Of a DNA stretch of 64,000 bases, positions 27,405 to 38,100 are shown one piece after another (positions within the stretch are counted from its first letter, which is position 1; every line of letters starts with the position of its first letter). The notes beneath the pieces are model-generated. The model was not told the DNA's origin. It saw nothing but the letters and a program-made list of their open reading frames with translations, and searched no databases. Both the position numbers and the translations under genes were made by a program. The DNA lies in the NCBI GenBank assembly GCA_030650275.1, contig JAUSEK010000023.1:199729-263728 (forward strand). The letters run 5' to 3'. The DNA is from Candidatus Omnitrophota bacterium (GTDB lineage Bacteria > Omnitrophota > Gorgyraeia > Zapsychrales > Fredricksoniimonadaceae).

Positions 27405-28661
27405 ATGCGTTCCCTACCATACGTTTTTTGGGTTTTGTTCCTTCCGGCGTTCGTTTCCTGCGCCACTCCCCCCAGGAACATCCAGCCGCAGATCAACAGC
27501 TTGGTCATTGCCCAGCATTTTGACAAAGCCGTTTCTTTTTTAGGGCAGAACCCTTCGGCCTACGGCTCCAATAATGAACTTTTATTCTGGCTGGACCGCG
27601 GCTTTGTTTTGCATCTGGCCGGCCGTTACGCCGAAAGTGTCAGCGCTTTTGAGTCCGCCAAACGCAAATTCAACGATCTTTACACCCGTTCGATCAGCCA
27701 GACCGCGGCCACCTATGCTGTTAACGATTATTGGCAGGAGTACAGGGGCGAGGATTACGAGTATGTGCTCGTCAATATTTTTCAGGCCCTGAACTTCGCG
27801 GCCATGGACAATGTCAGCGAAGCGCTTGTTGAGGCGCGGGACATGGACGCCCGGTCGAAATGGACCAAGACCGACGATGCCTTTGCCCGCATGCTCTTCG
27901 GTATTCTGTACCGGGCTGCGGGAACGCCGCAAGATCTCAATGACGCGTATATCGACGATGTCCGCAGCAAAGCCCAATACGGGGCGGATGTCCCCAAGAT
28001 CCTTGCGCAGAATTTGGAAGCGGCGCAAACGCCGGATGTCCAGGCCAGTGCGGAAGTTTATTTGTTCCACTATACGGGGTTTGTTCCTTTAAAGGTCGCG
28101 GATACTTTTCTCATACCTTTGGACGCGAGCCATGTCACGGCCATCAGTTTTCCCCGGTACGCCGACCGGGTCAGCGACGTGCGTTCTTCGGTATTTTCCG
28201 CCGTCGGCCCCGCCGTTGGTCCCGCCGTTGGCGGGGCTGGCAGCAGGAGCGCGCAGGAGAATACGGAACCGGTCGAGGACATCGGCGCCATTGCCAAAAA
28301 GATATTGAATGACCGCAAGGCCTTCATCCTGGCCAAGGCGGGTTTAAGGCCCATCGGAAAATATCTTCTGGAAAAGGCCGTTGAAAGCAGGGTGCGCGAC
28401 AGGAACGGCGAGACCCCGGCGGAGATCGTCAATCTTTTTGCCAACGTCTATAATTTGTATTCTGAACAGGCCGACGTGCGCGGCTGGCAGACCCTGCCGG
28501 AAAAGATCCGCGCGGCGCGCCTGCTGCTGGAGCCGGGCCGGTATGAATTTTTCGTGGAGGATCTTGACGAGAAAGGGGTGTCCCTGGGCAAAAAGCCGCT
28601 GGGTGTTTTTGACCTGCAGGCGGGCCGGAAGAAGTTTTTCATCGTCCGTTCTTACCGTTGA
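27405..28661 (+). CDS. hypothetical lipoprotein (helical/TPR-like N-terminal half)
   Basis: Lipobox 'FVSC'. Contains a short GPAV tandem repeat at ~28200-28240. Co-transcribed with the lpoB-like gene. Confidence 0.4.
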   Translation: MRSLPYVFWVLFLPAFVSCATPPRNIQPQINSLVIAQHFDKAVSFLGQNPSAYGSNNELLFWLDRGFVLHLAGRYAESVSAFESAKRKFNDLYTRSISQTAATYAVNDYWQEYRGEDYEYVLVNIFQALNFAAMDNVSEALVEARDMDARSKWTKTDDAFARMLFGILYRAAGTPQDLNDAYIDDVRSKAQYGADVPKILAQNLEAAQTPDVQASAEVYLFHYTGFVPLKVADTFLIPLDASHVTAISFPRYADRVSDVRSSVFSAVGPAVGPAVGGAGSRSAQENTEPVEDIGAIAKKILNDRKAFILAKAGLRPIGKYLLEKAVESRVRDRNGETPAEIVNLFANVYNLYSEQADVRGWQTLPEKIRAARLLLEPGRYEFFVEDLDEKGVSLGKKPLGVFDLQAGRKKFFIVRSYR

Positions 28662-28703
28662 AATCAGTTGCGGGTGGTTTTCAAATCAGATAGAATATCT
28701 AAT

Positions 28704-29063
28704 ATGGCAAACAAGAAGATCCTGGTGATCGATGACGATCCAACACTGCTCAAGATGCTCCAGCCCTTTCTGGAATCGCACGGGTTTGCCGTCACTGTTG
28801 CTGTCGATGGGGAGGAAGGCCTCGCCAAATTGAAGATCGAACATCCGGACCTGATCATTCTGGACGTGCAGATGCCCCGGATGAACGGGTACGCGTTCAT
28901 TTCTGAAATGAAGAAATTGGGAGGAGCCAAAAAGATCCCCATCATCGTCCTGACCGCCAAGGAAGGGATGGTGGAGATCTTCAAGGCCGAGGGCGTCAAA
29001 GAATACATCACCAAACCGTTCAAATCCGAGGTCCTTTTAAGCAATATCAACAAGTACGTGTGA
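28704..29063 (+). CDS. single-domain response regulator (CheY-like receiver)
   Basis: '[10 protein letters not shown]', '[14 protein letters not shown]', 'IPIIVLTAK', 'ITKPF' are canonical receiver motifs. Confidence 0.75.
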   Translation: MANKKILVIDDDPTLLKMLQPFLESHGFAVTVAVDGEEGLAKLKIEHPDLIILDVQMPRMNGYAFISEMKKLGGAKKIPIIVLTAKEGMVEIFKAEGVKEYITKPFKSEVLLSNINKYV

Positions 29064-30700
29064 TCCCTCCCGTGCCCCAATACCACAACCTTTCGTTCGA
29101 TGAACTGTTCCGTCACGAGACGGATCCTGCTTTGCAGGGCTATGAGCGCGGGACCGTGACGGATTCAGGATCTGTCGCGGTGGACACGGGCAAATTCACG
29201 GGTCGTTCCCCTAAAGATAAATATATCGTCCTGGATGAAACGACCAAGGATACTGTGTGGTGGGCCACGGGTCAATCATCCGGCTCCGACAATAAGCCGC
29301 TGTCCAAAGAGGCGTGGGCGCATTTGAAAGATGTTGCGGCCAAGCAGTTGGACGGCAAGACGCTTTACACCATGGACGGTTTTTGCGGGGCCAATGCGCA
29401 GACCCGTTTGTCCGTGCGGCTGGTCACCGAGGTTGCGTGGATGGCACATTTTTTCAAGAACATGTTCATCCGCCCGACGGCGGAAGAATTAAAAACGTTC
29501 AAGCCGGACTGGACCATCCTCAACGCCTGCAAGACCACGTGCGCGGATTTCGCGAAATGGGGTTTGCGTAGCGAGGCGTTCGTGGCGTTCAACATCACCG
29601 AGCGCATGACGGTCATCGGCGGCACCTGGTACGGCGGGGAGATCAAAAAAGGCATTTTCTCCATCATGAATTATTTCCTGCCCTTAAAGGGCATCGGCGC
29701 TTTCCATTGTTCAGCCAATCAGGGTGAAGGCGGGGACACGGCGCTGTTCTTCGGCCTGTCCGGCACGGGCAAGACGACCCTGTCCACCGACCCCAAACGA
29801 GCGCTCATCGGGGACGACGAGCATGGCTGGGACAATGAAGGGGTGTTCAATTTTGAAGGCGGCTGTTATGCCAAATGCATAGGGCTCACCGCCGAGCGTG
29901 AGCCGGAAATATTCCGCGCCATACGCCGCGACGCTTTACTGGAGAACGTGGACTTAGGTCCCGGCGGCAAGGTGGATTACGCGTCCAAGAAAAAGACGGA
30001 AAACACCCGCGTGTCCTATCCGCTTAATCACATTGACAATATTGTCAAGCCCGTGTCCAGGGGCGGGCATCCATCAAAGATCATTTTTTTGGCCTGCGAT
30101 GCTTATGGGATCCTGCCGCCGGTGGCAAAACTCACCAGGGAACAGGCCATGTATCATTATCTGAGCGGTTACACAGCCAAGGTGGCCGGCACGGAACTGG
30201 GGGTCAAGGAACCGCAGGCCACGTTTTCCGCCTGTTTCGGCAAGGCATTTTTAATGGTCCACCCGACGCAATACGCGCGCATTCTGGCTGAGAAAATGGA
30301 CAAGCACGGCTCATCCGCGTATTTAGTCAATACCGGTTGGGTCGCCGGCCCCTACGGCGTGGGCTACCGTATTCCTTTAAAGGGCAATCGCTTGATCATA
30401 GACGCCATCTTCAACGGGTCTTTGGATCAGGGAGTGTTCGAGACGTTGCCGGTTTTTAATTTGAGGGTCCCCAAGGCGGTGCCTGGGGTGGACGCGAAAA
30501 TGCTGAACCCGCGCAATCTGTGGGCGGACAAAAAGGCCTATGACCTGCAGGCCGCGCGCCTGGCGCAGATGTTCATCAATAATTTTAAGCTTTTTACCGA
30601 CACGCCCGAGGGCAAGGCCTTGGTGGCGGCCGGCCCCCAACTGGAGCGGGAGATAGACCTGCCCCCTCAACCCGCCATCACTGCCGCCGGCGGTGATTAA
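29060..30700 (+). CDS. pckA: phosphoenolpyruvate carboxykinase (ATP)
   Basis: '[12 protein letters not shown]', kinase-1a '[11 protein letters not shown]', 'IGDDEHGW'. 546 aa. GTG start. Confidence 0.9.
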   Translation: MIPPVPQYHNLSFDELFRHETDPALQGYERGTVTDSGSVAVDTGKFTGRSPKDKYIVLDETTKDTVWWATGQSSGSDNKPLSKEAWAHLKDVAAKQLDGKTLYTMDGFCGANAQTRLSVRLVTEVAWMAHFFKNMFIRPTAEELKTFKPDWTILNACKTTCADFAKWGLRSEAFVAFNITERMTVIGGTWYGGEIKKGIFSIMNYFLPLKGIGAFHCSANQGEGGDTALFFGLSGTGKTTLSTDPKRALIGDDEHGWDNEGVFNFEGGCYAKCIGLTAEREPEIFRAIRRDALLENVDLGPGGKVDYASKKKTENTRVSYPLNHIDNIVKPVSRGGHPSKIIFLACDAYGILPPVAKLTREQAMYHYLSGYTAKVAGTELGVKEPQATFSACFGKAFLMVHPTQYARILAEKMDKHGSSAYLVNTGWVAGPYGVGYRIPLKGNRLIIDAIFNGSLDQGVFETLPVFNLRVPKAVPGVDAKMLNPRNLWADKKAYDLQAARLAQMFINNFKLFTDTPEGKALVAAGPQLEREIDLPPQPAITAAGGD

Positions 30701-30839
30701 GAAAACGCTTTCCCACAAACGCCCTCAACCCCTTGTAATTCCTTATTAAATAAGGCATACTTTTAATGAACTCCCGCGTCTGGTCCCGCTGTTTCTTTAG
30801 CGGGACCGGCGGGGGTGCTTTCACCCATCAACTAAAACC

Positions 30840-33440
30840 GTGAATTTTATGCCGCGTAAGATCATCAGTGCACTCGTTATCTTTGCCTTTCTGACTACGG
30901 CAGTTCCTGTGCCCAGCCGGGCAGGGGAGGTTTTTTTGCCAGCTCCCGGTGCCAGGATGGCTGTAAGTCCCGCCTTTATGCCGCCCATGATCCTGGGTAT
31001 TACCGTGGACGCGAAAGACCCGTTAAAATTTAATTTTTTGATCGACCAGGGTGACGTAGAGACGCAGCATGCTGCGTCTCTACAAGACGAATCAATGAAA
31101 TTGATCAAATATTTTCTCGCGTCTCTCACCATTCCCGAAAAAGACCTGTGGGTCAATTTGTCGCCGTATGAAGGCCAGCGCATTATTCCGCAGGCGTTCG
31201 GCCAGACCGAAATGGGCCGCGACCTTTTGGGCCAGGACTATGTCCTTAAGCAGATCACCGCTTCCCTGATCTATCCCGAGAGCAAACTGGGCAAGAAATT
31301 CTGGGCGGATGTTTACAAGAAAGCCCACGAGCAGTACGGCACCACGAATATCCCCGTTAACACCTTTAACAAGGTGTGGATCGTGCCGGACGAGGCCGTG
31401 GTCTATGAGCGTAATGGCTCGGCGTTCGTGGTCAAAAGCCATTTGAAGGTGATGCTGGAGGAAGATTATTTGGCATTGTCTAAAAATATCTGTAGGGGCG
31501 ATGCTTGTCATCGCCCGCAAGAAGGGCGAATACAAGATTCGCCCCTACAAAGCAATGTGAATCAATTAGGTTCCCAGGTCGTCCGTGAAATAGTTTTGCC
31601 CGCCCTTGAGAAGGAAGTTAATGAGGGTAAGAATTTTGCGTTATTGCGCCAGATCAACAATGCCCTGATCCTGGCCACATGGTACAAGCGCGCTTTGAAG
31701 GAAAGTTTATTGAGTAAATTTTACGTGGACAAGGCCAAGATCAAAGGTGTTGGGTATACGGATTCTGTCATTCCCGCGAAGGCGGGAATCCAGAGCAAGG
31801 GAGACATCGAGGGAATCTACCAGCAATATCTTCAGGCCTTCAAAAAAGGCGTCTATAACTATATTAAGGAAGAGGCCGACCCCTATACCCGGCAAACCGT
31901 CCCGCGCAAATATTTTTCCGGCGGTTTTGAGGGGAAAGACTATTCGATGGTTGTAAAAACGACCCGCAATACAAGAGATGTTCCCGACACATTTCGCGAG
32001 CGGATCCAACGCGCAAGATCAAACAATGGCCTTATGGACGTGGCCATTGAAGCGCAAGATGCGGCGATGACCGGACCTTCACATGACCGGGCGATGACTG
32101 TGACTTTGTCACCAATAGCATTGAATGGCGTTCGTCAACTGAAGAAGTGGATGGAAGAGGCCGTACAACAGATCAAAGATGCGCGCACGGATTGGAAAAG
32201 CCAGACAATACAAATAAACGAATATGGACAGAGGCTTAAACAAGCTGCGAATGTTAGAGAACAATACAGTTCTTTCCTTGAGGGTGATCCTTTTTTAAGC
32301 AAGTTGAGGTGGATTTTTATGGGTGGCGGTATGCGTTTGCCTAAACAAGACCCCAATAATTCAGATGAAAAAGATAGATATATTGGTGTTTTGGGGCGCG
32401 ATCCGGCGGGGGGTCTTGTTATTGGCGTGACGGATAATTCGCAATACATGACATCTTTGGAAGTTTCGAATACCTTTGGGGCTGTTACTAGCTATGTCAG
32501 CATGATCGATGGGGATCAGGATTTCTTTTTAAGCGAGATCGACAAAGTAATTGATGACATTTTAATTCGTGGCCAAAATGTGATCGATCTGCTTGCAAAA
32601 GTTGAAAATTCCCAGCCGGGAACAGGGTTTGAAACCGTTAATGTCATAGGGATAGATAAAAATCTTAAATCCATTGTTATATCCATCGTGGATCCGCGAT
32701 TGACCGTTGTTCAGCCGGATCAGGTGGCTGCTGACCAAGCCCCTGCGGACTCCGCGATGACTGCGGAGCGGAAAGTGAAGAGTATTTTGTTTGTTGATAA
32801 TGATCCCACTACAGTGGAAACAAACAGTCGATTGTTGAGACTTGGGGGATACCGAGTGGATGGGGTTACAAGCGGTCAAAAAGCATTAAATATGTTATTG
32901 CGTAACTCGTATGACTTGGTCGTTACATCTTCGCTAAGAGGAGCAGGCGACATTGGGGTGGAGGGACTTGCAAATATACTTGCTGCAAATCAGCCAACGC
33001 CTTTTATCATTTTTTCAGGAGATATTATGGGTGATATAATTCCTGACAGCGTCAAACGTGCGGCGCTAGAAGTTCTTCCCAGAGAGCCGACTTCAGAGAA
33101 TCTTCTTCGAGCTTTACGAAAAATTAATGGAGAACCAGAACCTGCCAATGTTTTAGAAAAAGGACCAACGCAAAGCCCTCCTAAAGGAAAACTATTAAGG
33201 CCTAAGTTTGGGAAAGATTCGGCCATGAACGCTGCGGCAAAAGATGTCGGCGGTATTGACTTGAACCCGGCGAATTTGAATTTGCGCATCAGGCGCGACG
33301 GCAAGGGCGTGCCTTTGCCGACAGGCCAGCAGGACATGGGGCAGTTGAATAATATTGAAGGCCTGATGCCGGTTATCATCAAGATCGTGCCCGCGACCTA
33401 TATCCCGGCGCTTTCCGACGTCCTGGCTACGGTCAATTGA
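30840..33440 (+). CDS. giant secreted mosaic protein, paralog 2 (conserved N-terminal module, low-GC centre with receiver-like domain, conserved C-terminal tail)
   Basis: Signal peptide. N-terminal ~330 aa aligns with paralog 1 ('ESMKLIKYFL.SLTIPEKDLWVNLSPYE', 'IPVNTFNKVWIV', 'HLKVMLEEDY'). Middle 'KSILFVDNDPTT...YDLVVTSS' is receiver-like. C-terminal 'GGIDLN...IVPATYIPALSDVL'. Confidence 0.7.
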   Translation: MNFMPRKIISALVIFAFLTTAVPVPSRAGEVFLPAPGARMAVSPAFMPPMILGITVDAKDPLKFNFLIDQGDVETQHAASLQDESMKLIKYFLASLTIPEKDLWVNLSPYEGQRIIPQAFGQTEMGRDLLGQDYVLKQITASLIYPESKLGKKFWADVYKKAHEQYGTTNIPVNTFNKVWIVPDEAVVYERNGSAFVVKSHLKVMLEEDYLALSKNICRGDACHRPQEGRIQDSPLQSNVNQLGSQVVREIVLPALEKEVNEGKNFALLRQINNALILATWYKRALKESLLSKFYVDKAKIKGVGYTDSVIPAKAGIQSKGDIEGIYQQYLQAFKKGVYNYIKEEADPYTRQTVPRKYFSGGFEGKDYSMVVKTTRNTRDVPDTFRERIQRARSNNGLMDVAIEAQDAAMTGPSHDRAMTVTLSPIALNGVRQLKKWMEEAVQQIKDARTDWKSQTIQINEYGQRLKQAANVREQYSSFLEGDPFLSKLRWIFMGGGMRLPKQDPNNSDEKDRYIGVLGRDPAGGLVIGVTDNSQYMTSLEVSNTFGAVTSYVSMIDGDQDFFLSEIDKVIDDILIRGQNVIDLLAKVENSQPGTGFETVNVIGIDKNLKSIVISIVDPRLTVVQPDQVAADQAPADSAMTAERKVKSILFVDNDPTTVETNSRLLRLGGYRVDGVTSGQKALNMLLRNSYDLVVTSSLRGAGDIGVEGLANILAANQPTPFIIFSGDIMGDIIPDSVKRAALEVLPREPTSENLLRALRKINGEPEPANVLEKGPTQSPPKGKLLRPKFGKDSAMNAAAKDVGGIDLNPANLNLRIRRDGKGVPLPTGQQDMGQLNNIEGLMPVIIKIVPATYIPALSDVLATVN
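31056..31083. repeat. perfect 28-bp palindrome inside paralog 2 coding sequence
   Basis: GTAGAGACGCAGCATGCTGCGTCTCTAC. It differs from the paralog-1 copy by paired, compensatory changes. Confidence 0.9.
31492..31558. repeat. nested palindromic element inside paralog 2 coding sequence
   Basis: GTAGGGGCGA TGCTTGTCATCGCCCGCAAGAAGGGCGAATACAAGA TTCGCCCCTAC: an outer 10-bp stem plus an inner hairpin. Occupies the site where paralog 1 carries the two-hairpin element. Confidence 0.75.
31766..31792. repeat. half-copy (second hairpin) of the two-hairpin element, inverted, in frame in paralog 2
   Basis: TGTCATTCCCGCGAAGGCGGGAATCC is the reverse complement of GGATTCCCGC(T/C)TTCGCGGGAATGACA from the aceF copy. 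Encodes 'VIPAKAGIQ', the same peptide as in the aceF linker. Confidence 0.75.
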
Positions 33441-33486
33441 CATGGAGGGTTGCCGGTGTTATACTTCCATTTGAGGTAAGGAACAT

Positions 33487-33870
33487 ATGCGTAAAACGTT
33501 CAAAACAGCTTTCGTTTTGTCTCTGGCCGGGGTGTTCACCCTTGGCTCGGTGCTGTGTTGTTGCGCGCGCAATATCGCTCATGCTGATACGGTTGCCGCA
33601 GCCAAGTCCCATGCCTGCTGCGCTTCCAAGCAGACCCAGCCCCAGAAAGCGGCTGATTGCGAGCATTGTTCCGTTTCCCTGAAGTCCGCGCAGATAGCCC
33701 AATCCTTTGATCTCATCCCGTCTTTTACCATCGCGTTCAATCTTTTGCCCGCGGACATTGTATTCATTACACACACTCCAGTAGTTTATCAAACCGTCTG
33801 GGCTGACGGCCCGCCCGGTTTCTCGTCCGAAGTTCCTTTCTACATCCAGTCCCATCAGTTACGAGTATAA
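33487..33870 (+). CDS. small secreted Cys-rich protein (possible periplasmic metal-binding protein)
   Basis: Signal peptide. 'LCCCARNIAHADTVAAAKSHACCASKQTQPQKAADCEHCS' is rich in Cys and His. Immediately upstream of cusBA-like genes. Confidence 0.4.
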   Translation: MRKTFKTAFVLSLAGVFTLGSVLCCCARNIAHADTVAAAKSHACCASKQTQPQKAADCEHCSVSLKSAQIAQSFDLIPSFTIAFNLLPADIVFITHTPVVYQTVWADGPPGFSSEVPFYIQSHQLRV

Positions 33871-33892
33871 TCTTTCCTTCAAAAATATGGAT

Positions 33893-33972
33893 TGTCACCC
33901 CCGAATGTTTTTATCGGGGGTCCAGGGTTGGCTAATTCTCTGGATTCCCGACACAAGCATTCGGGAATGACA
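33893..33972. repeat. two-hairpin palindromic repeat element, intergenic copy
   Basis: TTGTCACCCCCGAATGTTTTTATCGGGGGTCCAGGG...GGATTCCCGACACAAGCATTCGGGAATGACA, between the Cys-rich ORF and cusB. Confidence 0.85.
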
Positions 33973-34001
33973 AATTTCAGATTAAAACTGGAGGAAATTT
34001 T

Positions 34002-35141
34002 ATGTCTAATACATCAAAAATCATCATCAGTATCCTGATCCTGGCCGCGGCCGGGGGTGGATGGCTTTTGCTTCAAGGGTACAAGGCGGCCCCTTCCCAA
34101 GCCGCAGCCAAAGAAATTTGGTATTGCCCCATGCACCCGCATTACACCAGCGACCGTCCGGGCGATTGCCCCATCTGCGGGATGAAACTGGTCAAGAAAG
34201 AGGGGCACCCCAACGCCCAACACGCACTGCAGGAACATATTTCAGGTCCTGAAAATCGTTTGGCCGATCATGCGCCGGTGGCGCTGGACGCGCGCCAGGA
34301 GCAGTTGACGGGGGTCAAGACGGTTGCTGTGCGCAAGCAAGCCCTGATGAGAACGATCAGGGTCCCGGGGTATGTGTCCACCAACCATGATCTGTATGCA
34401 CTGCAGAATGAATACGTGCAGGCCTATATCAACTATATTACGGTTTACCGGGATTACCGCCGTTTTGAGCATACGCGGCGCAACTGGGAAACGCACCGGG
34501 GCCTTCAGGTCAAAATACATGAAGCCGAGGACAAATTATTGCGTCTGGGGTTCAGCCGTGATCAGATCGGGAAATTAAGGAAGGTTTCCTGGAAAACATT
34601 GTGGGACCAGCCGGAATTGCTGTTGTTCAAGGACGGGGCCAGTTATTGGGTCGTGGCGCAGATCTTTGAGCCGGACCGCGGGTTCGTGGAAGCGGGGCAG
34701 GAAGTCCAGGTGGAGATCCCTGCTTACGCTGAAAAAATAACAGGCGTGATCCGGACCGTCGGCGGTATTTTTGATCCCCAGACCAGGACGGTCAATGCCA
34801 TCATAGAACTGACCGGTTATCGCGGCGAGCTGGAAGGCAACATGCTCGTTAATGTGACGATCCCCGTGGATCTCAATGAATTCCTCATCGTTCCGTCAAC
34901 GGCGGTGATGGATACGGGTTTAAGGAAGATCGTTTACGTTGAAAGCAAGCCCGGCATTTTTGAGCCGCGGGAGATCCAGACAGGGCCGTTGGGGGACAAT
35001 GGCTGGGCAGTCAAGTCCGGGTTGGCGGAAGGTGAACAGGTGGCAGCGGAGGGCAATTTCCTTCTGGATTCGGAAAGCCGCCTGCGGGCTGTCCTGTCCG
35101 ACGATACAGCCGGCCAAGGGGAGCATATCCATGGACAATAA
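34002..35141 (+). CDS. cusB: heavy-metal efflux RND periplasmic adaptor (CusB-like) with N-terminal metal-binding motif
   Basis: 'YCPMHPHYTSDRPGDCPICGMKL' metal-binding domain followed by membrane-fusion-protein beta-barrel and lipoyl-like regions. Confidence 0.75.
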   Translation: MSNTSKIIISILILAAAGGGWLLLQGYKAAPSQAAAKEIWYCPMHPHYTSDRPGDCPICGMKLVKKEGHPNAQHALQEHISGPENRLADHAPVALDARQEQLTGVKTVAVRKQALMRTIRVPGYVSTNHDLYALQNEYVQAYINYITVYRDYRRFEHTRRNWETHRGLQVKIHEAEDKLLRLGFSRDQIGKLRKVSWKTLWDQPELLLFKDGASYWVVAQIFEPDRGFVEAGQEVQVEIPAYAEKITGVIRTVGGIFDPQTRTVNAIIELTGYRGELEGNMLVNVTIPVDLNEFLIVPSTAVMDTGLRKIVYVESKPGIFEPREIQTGPLGDNGWAVKSGLAEGEQVAAEGNFLLDSESRLRAVLSDDTAGQGEHIHGQ

Positions 35142-38100
35142 CATGACATCTCCCCGGCAAGGACCGATCGGCAGGGTCATTGAGGCCTCGGCCCGCAATA
35201 AATTCCTGATCTTTTTGTTCGTGGCCGCGGCCATTGCGGCGGCGGTGTGGTCGGTCAAAAATATTCCCCTTGATGCCATTCCTGATCTGTCCGACACCCA
35301 GGTCATTGTTTATTCGCGCTGGGACCGCAGCCCGGACATTATAGAAGACCAGGTGACCTATCCCATCGTGTCCGCGCTGTTGGGAACCCCCAAGGTCAAG
35401 GCCATCCGCGGTTTTTCCGATTTCGGGTATTCGTATGTCTATGTGATCTTTAAGGACGGGACAGACCTGTATTGGGCCCGCAGCCGCGTGCAGGAATATC
35501 TCTCCAAGATCATTCCTTCCTTGCCGCAGGGCGTCAAAACCGAAATGGGTCCGGACGCGACAGGCGTGGGCTGGGTCCTGCAATACGCGCTCGTGGATAC
35601 GAGCGGCAAGCACAGTTTGCAGGAAATGCGCAGTTTCCAGGACTGGTATTTGCGTTATTATTTGCAAAGCGTGCCCGGGGTTTCGGAAGTGGCTTCCCTG
35701 GGGGGCTTTGTCAAACAGTATCAGATCACGGTTGACCCGAATAAATTGTCGTCTTACAAAATCCCCATCAGCAGGGTGATCGAAGCAGTGCGCGCCGGCA
35801 ATCAGGAAAGCGGCGGGCGTCTGGTGGAAATGACCGGCGCGGAATACATGATCCGCGGCCACGGTTACGCCAAATCCGTTGATGATCTGGGACAGATCGC
35901 CGTGGGAGTTGGCCCGAACGGCGTTCCCATTCTGGTCAAGAATATCGCCCACGTGTCTTTGGGGCCCAACATCCGCCGGGGTGTGCTGGACCTAAATGGT
36001 CAGGGGGATGTGGTCGGCGGCACCATTGTCATGCGTCATGGCGAGAACGCTTTGAAGGTCATTGAAGCGGTCAAGGCCAGAATGAAGGAGATCGCCCCGT
36101 CATTGCCCACAGGGGTGAAGATCGAGATCACCTATGACCGTTCGGACCTGATCTTGAGGGCTATCAGCCATTTGAAGCGCCAGTTGACGGAGGAAATGAT
36201 CATCGTCAGTTTGGTCATTCTGGTGTTCTTATGGCATTTTCCGTCGGCGTTCATCCCCATCGTCACCATCCCCATCGCGGTGTTATTGTCTTTTATCCCC
36301 TTATTCATGATGAAATTGACGTCCAACATCATGTCCCTGGCCGGCATCGCCATTTCCATGGGGGTGCTGGTGGACGGGGCCATCGTGCAGATGGAGAACG
36401 TGTATAAACGTCTGGAAGAATGGCAGAGGGACGGGCGTCATGGGGACGCGGGCCCGGTCATCCTCAACGCGCTCAAAGAAGTCGCCCCGTCAGTATTTTT
36501 TTCTCTGCTGGTCATCGCGGTCTCTTTCCTGCCGATCTTTACACTGGTGGACCAGGAGGGACGTTTGTTTTCGCCTTTGGCCTGGTCCAAGACCTTTGTC
36601 ATGGCCATTGCCGCCGTGCTGGTGGTCACCTTGAACCCGGCGGCGCGCATGCTGTTCTCAACCGGGAAAGGGAACTATTATCCCGAGGAAAAACATCCGG
36701 TCAGCCGTTGGCTTTTTCGCATCTATGAGCCGGCCTGCCGTTTTGTGCTCAAGCATGCCAAGGCAACGATCATCGCGGCGGTTTTGCTGGTATTGACCAC
36801 CATCCCGGTGTTCTTGAAATTGGGCTCGGAGTTCATGCCGCCGTTGTGGGAGGGTGATGTTTTGTATATGCCCACCACCATGCCCGGCATTTCCATTGCC
36901 GAAGCGCAGGAGCTTCTGCAAAAACAGGACCGTATCCTGAAAAGTTTTCCCGAGGTGGAGAAGGTGTTCGGCAAGGCCGGACGCATGGAAAGTTCAACGG
37001 ATCCCGCGCCCTTGTCCATGGTGGAAACCGTGGTGACGCTCAAACCCGAGGGCCAATGGCGCATGGTCAAGGGGCGGCGCATCACGCATGAGCAGTTGAT
37101 CGATGAAATGGACAAGGCCCTGAAGATCCCCGGCACCGTCAATGCCTGGACCATGCCCATCAAGAACCGCATTGATATGCTTTCCACCGGCGTGCGCACG
37201 CCCGTGGGGATCAAGGTCCTGGGGTCGGACCTGGCGGTCATCGAGAAGATCGGGACGCGCCTGGAAACGATCCTCAAAGGTGTGCCGGGCACGCGCAGTG
37301 TCTTTGCCGAACGCGCCGCCGGCGGATATTTCCTGGACTTTGACCTGAAGCGCGACCAGCTGGCCCGTTATGGCCTGTCGGTCGCGGACGCGCAGGAAGC
37401 CATCACTTCGGCCATCGGCGGCGAGAATGTCACGACGACCGTTGAGGGCCGCGAACGCTACGGGGTCAATGTGCGTTATCCGCGCGAATTGCGTGATAAC
37501 GCCGAAAAACTCAAGCGCGTTCTTGTCGCCACCCCATCAGGGGCCCAGATCCTTTTGTCCCAGGTGGCGGACATCGTGACCCGTTCGGGGCCGGCCATGA
37601 TCCGCGATGAGAACGGCATGCTGGCCGGTTACGTGTACGTGGACGTGGCGGGAGTGGACATCGGCTCCTACGTCGAGCGCGCCAAAAAAGAAGTCGCCGC
37701 CCAGCTGCAATACCCGCAAGGGTATGGCCTCATTTGGAGCGGTCAGTATGAGAACATGCTGCGCGTGCGCGAACGGCTCAAGGTCGTTTTACCGTTGACA
37801 CTTTTGATCATTGCTGTTCTATTATTTATGAACACAAGGTCATGGATCAAAACAGGCATTGTGCTGTTGGCCGTTCCGTTCTCATTGATCGGCGCGGTAT
37901 GGCTGTTGTGGATCCTGGGATACAATCTGTCCATTGCCGTGTGGGTGGGCATGATCGCGCTCATGGGGCTCGATGCCGAGACCGGCGTTTTGATGTTGTT
38001 ATTCTTGGACATTGCTTATCAGGACGCGGTCAAGGCGAAACGCATGAACGATCAAAATGACCTGAAAGAAGCGATCGTGCACGGGGCCGTGCGCCGGGTA

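Noticed and set aside
30781-30806. Hairpin GGTCCCGC-TGTTTCTTTA-GCGGGACC after pckA as a terminator
   Set aside because: It has a good stem but no downstream T-run. A structural or attenuator role is possible but unsupported.
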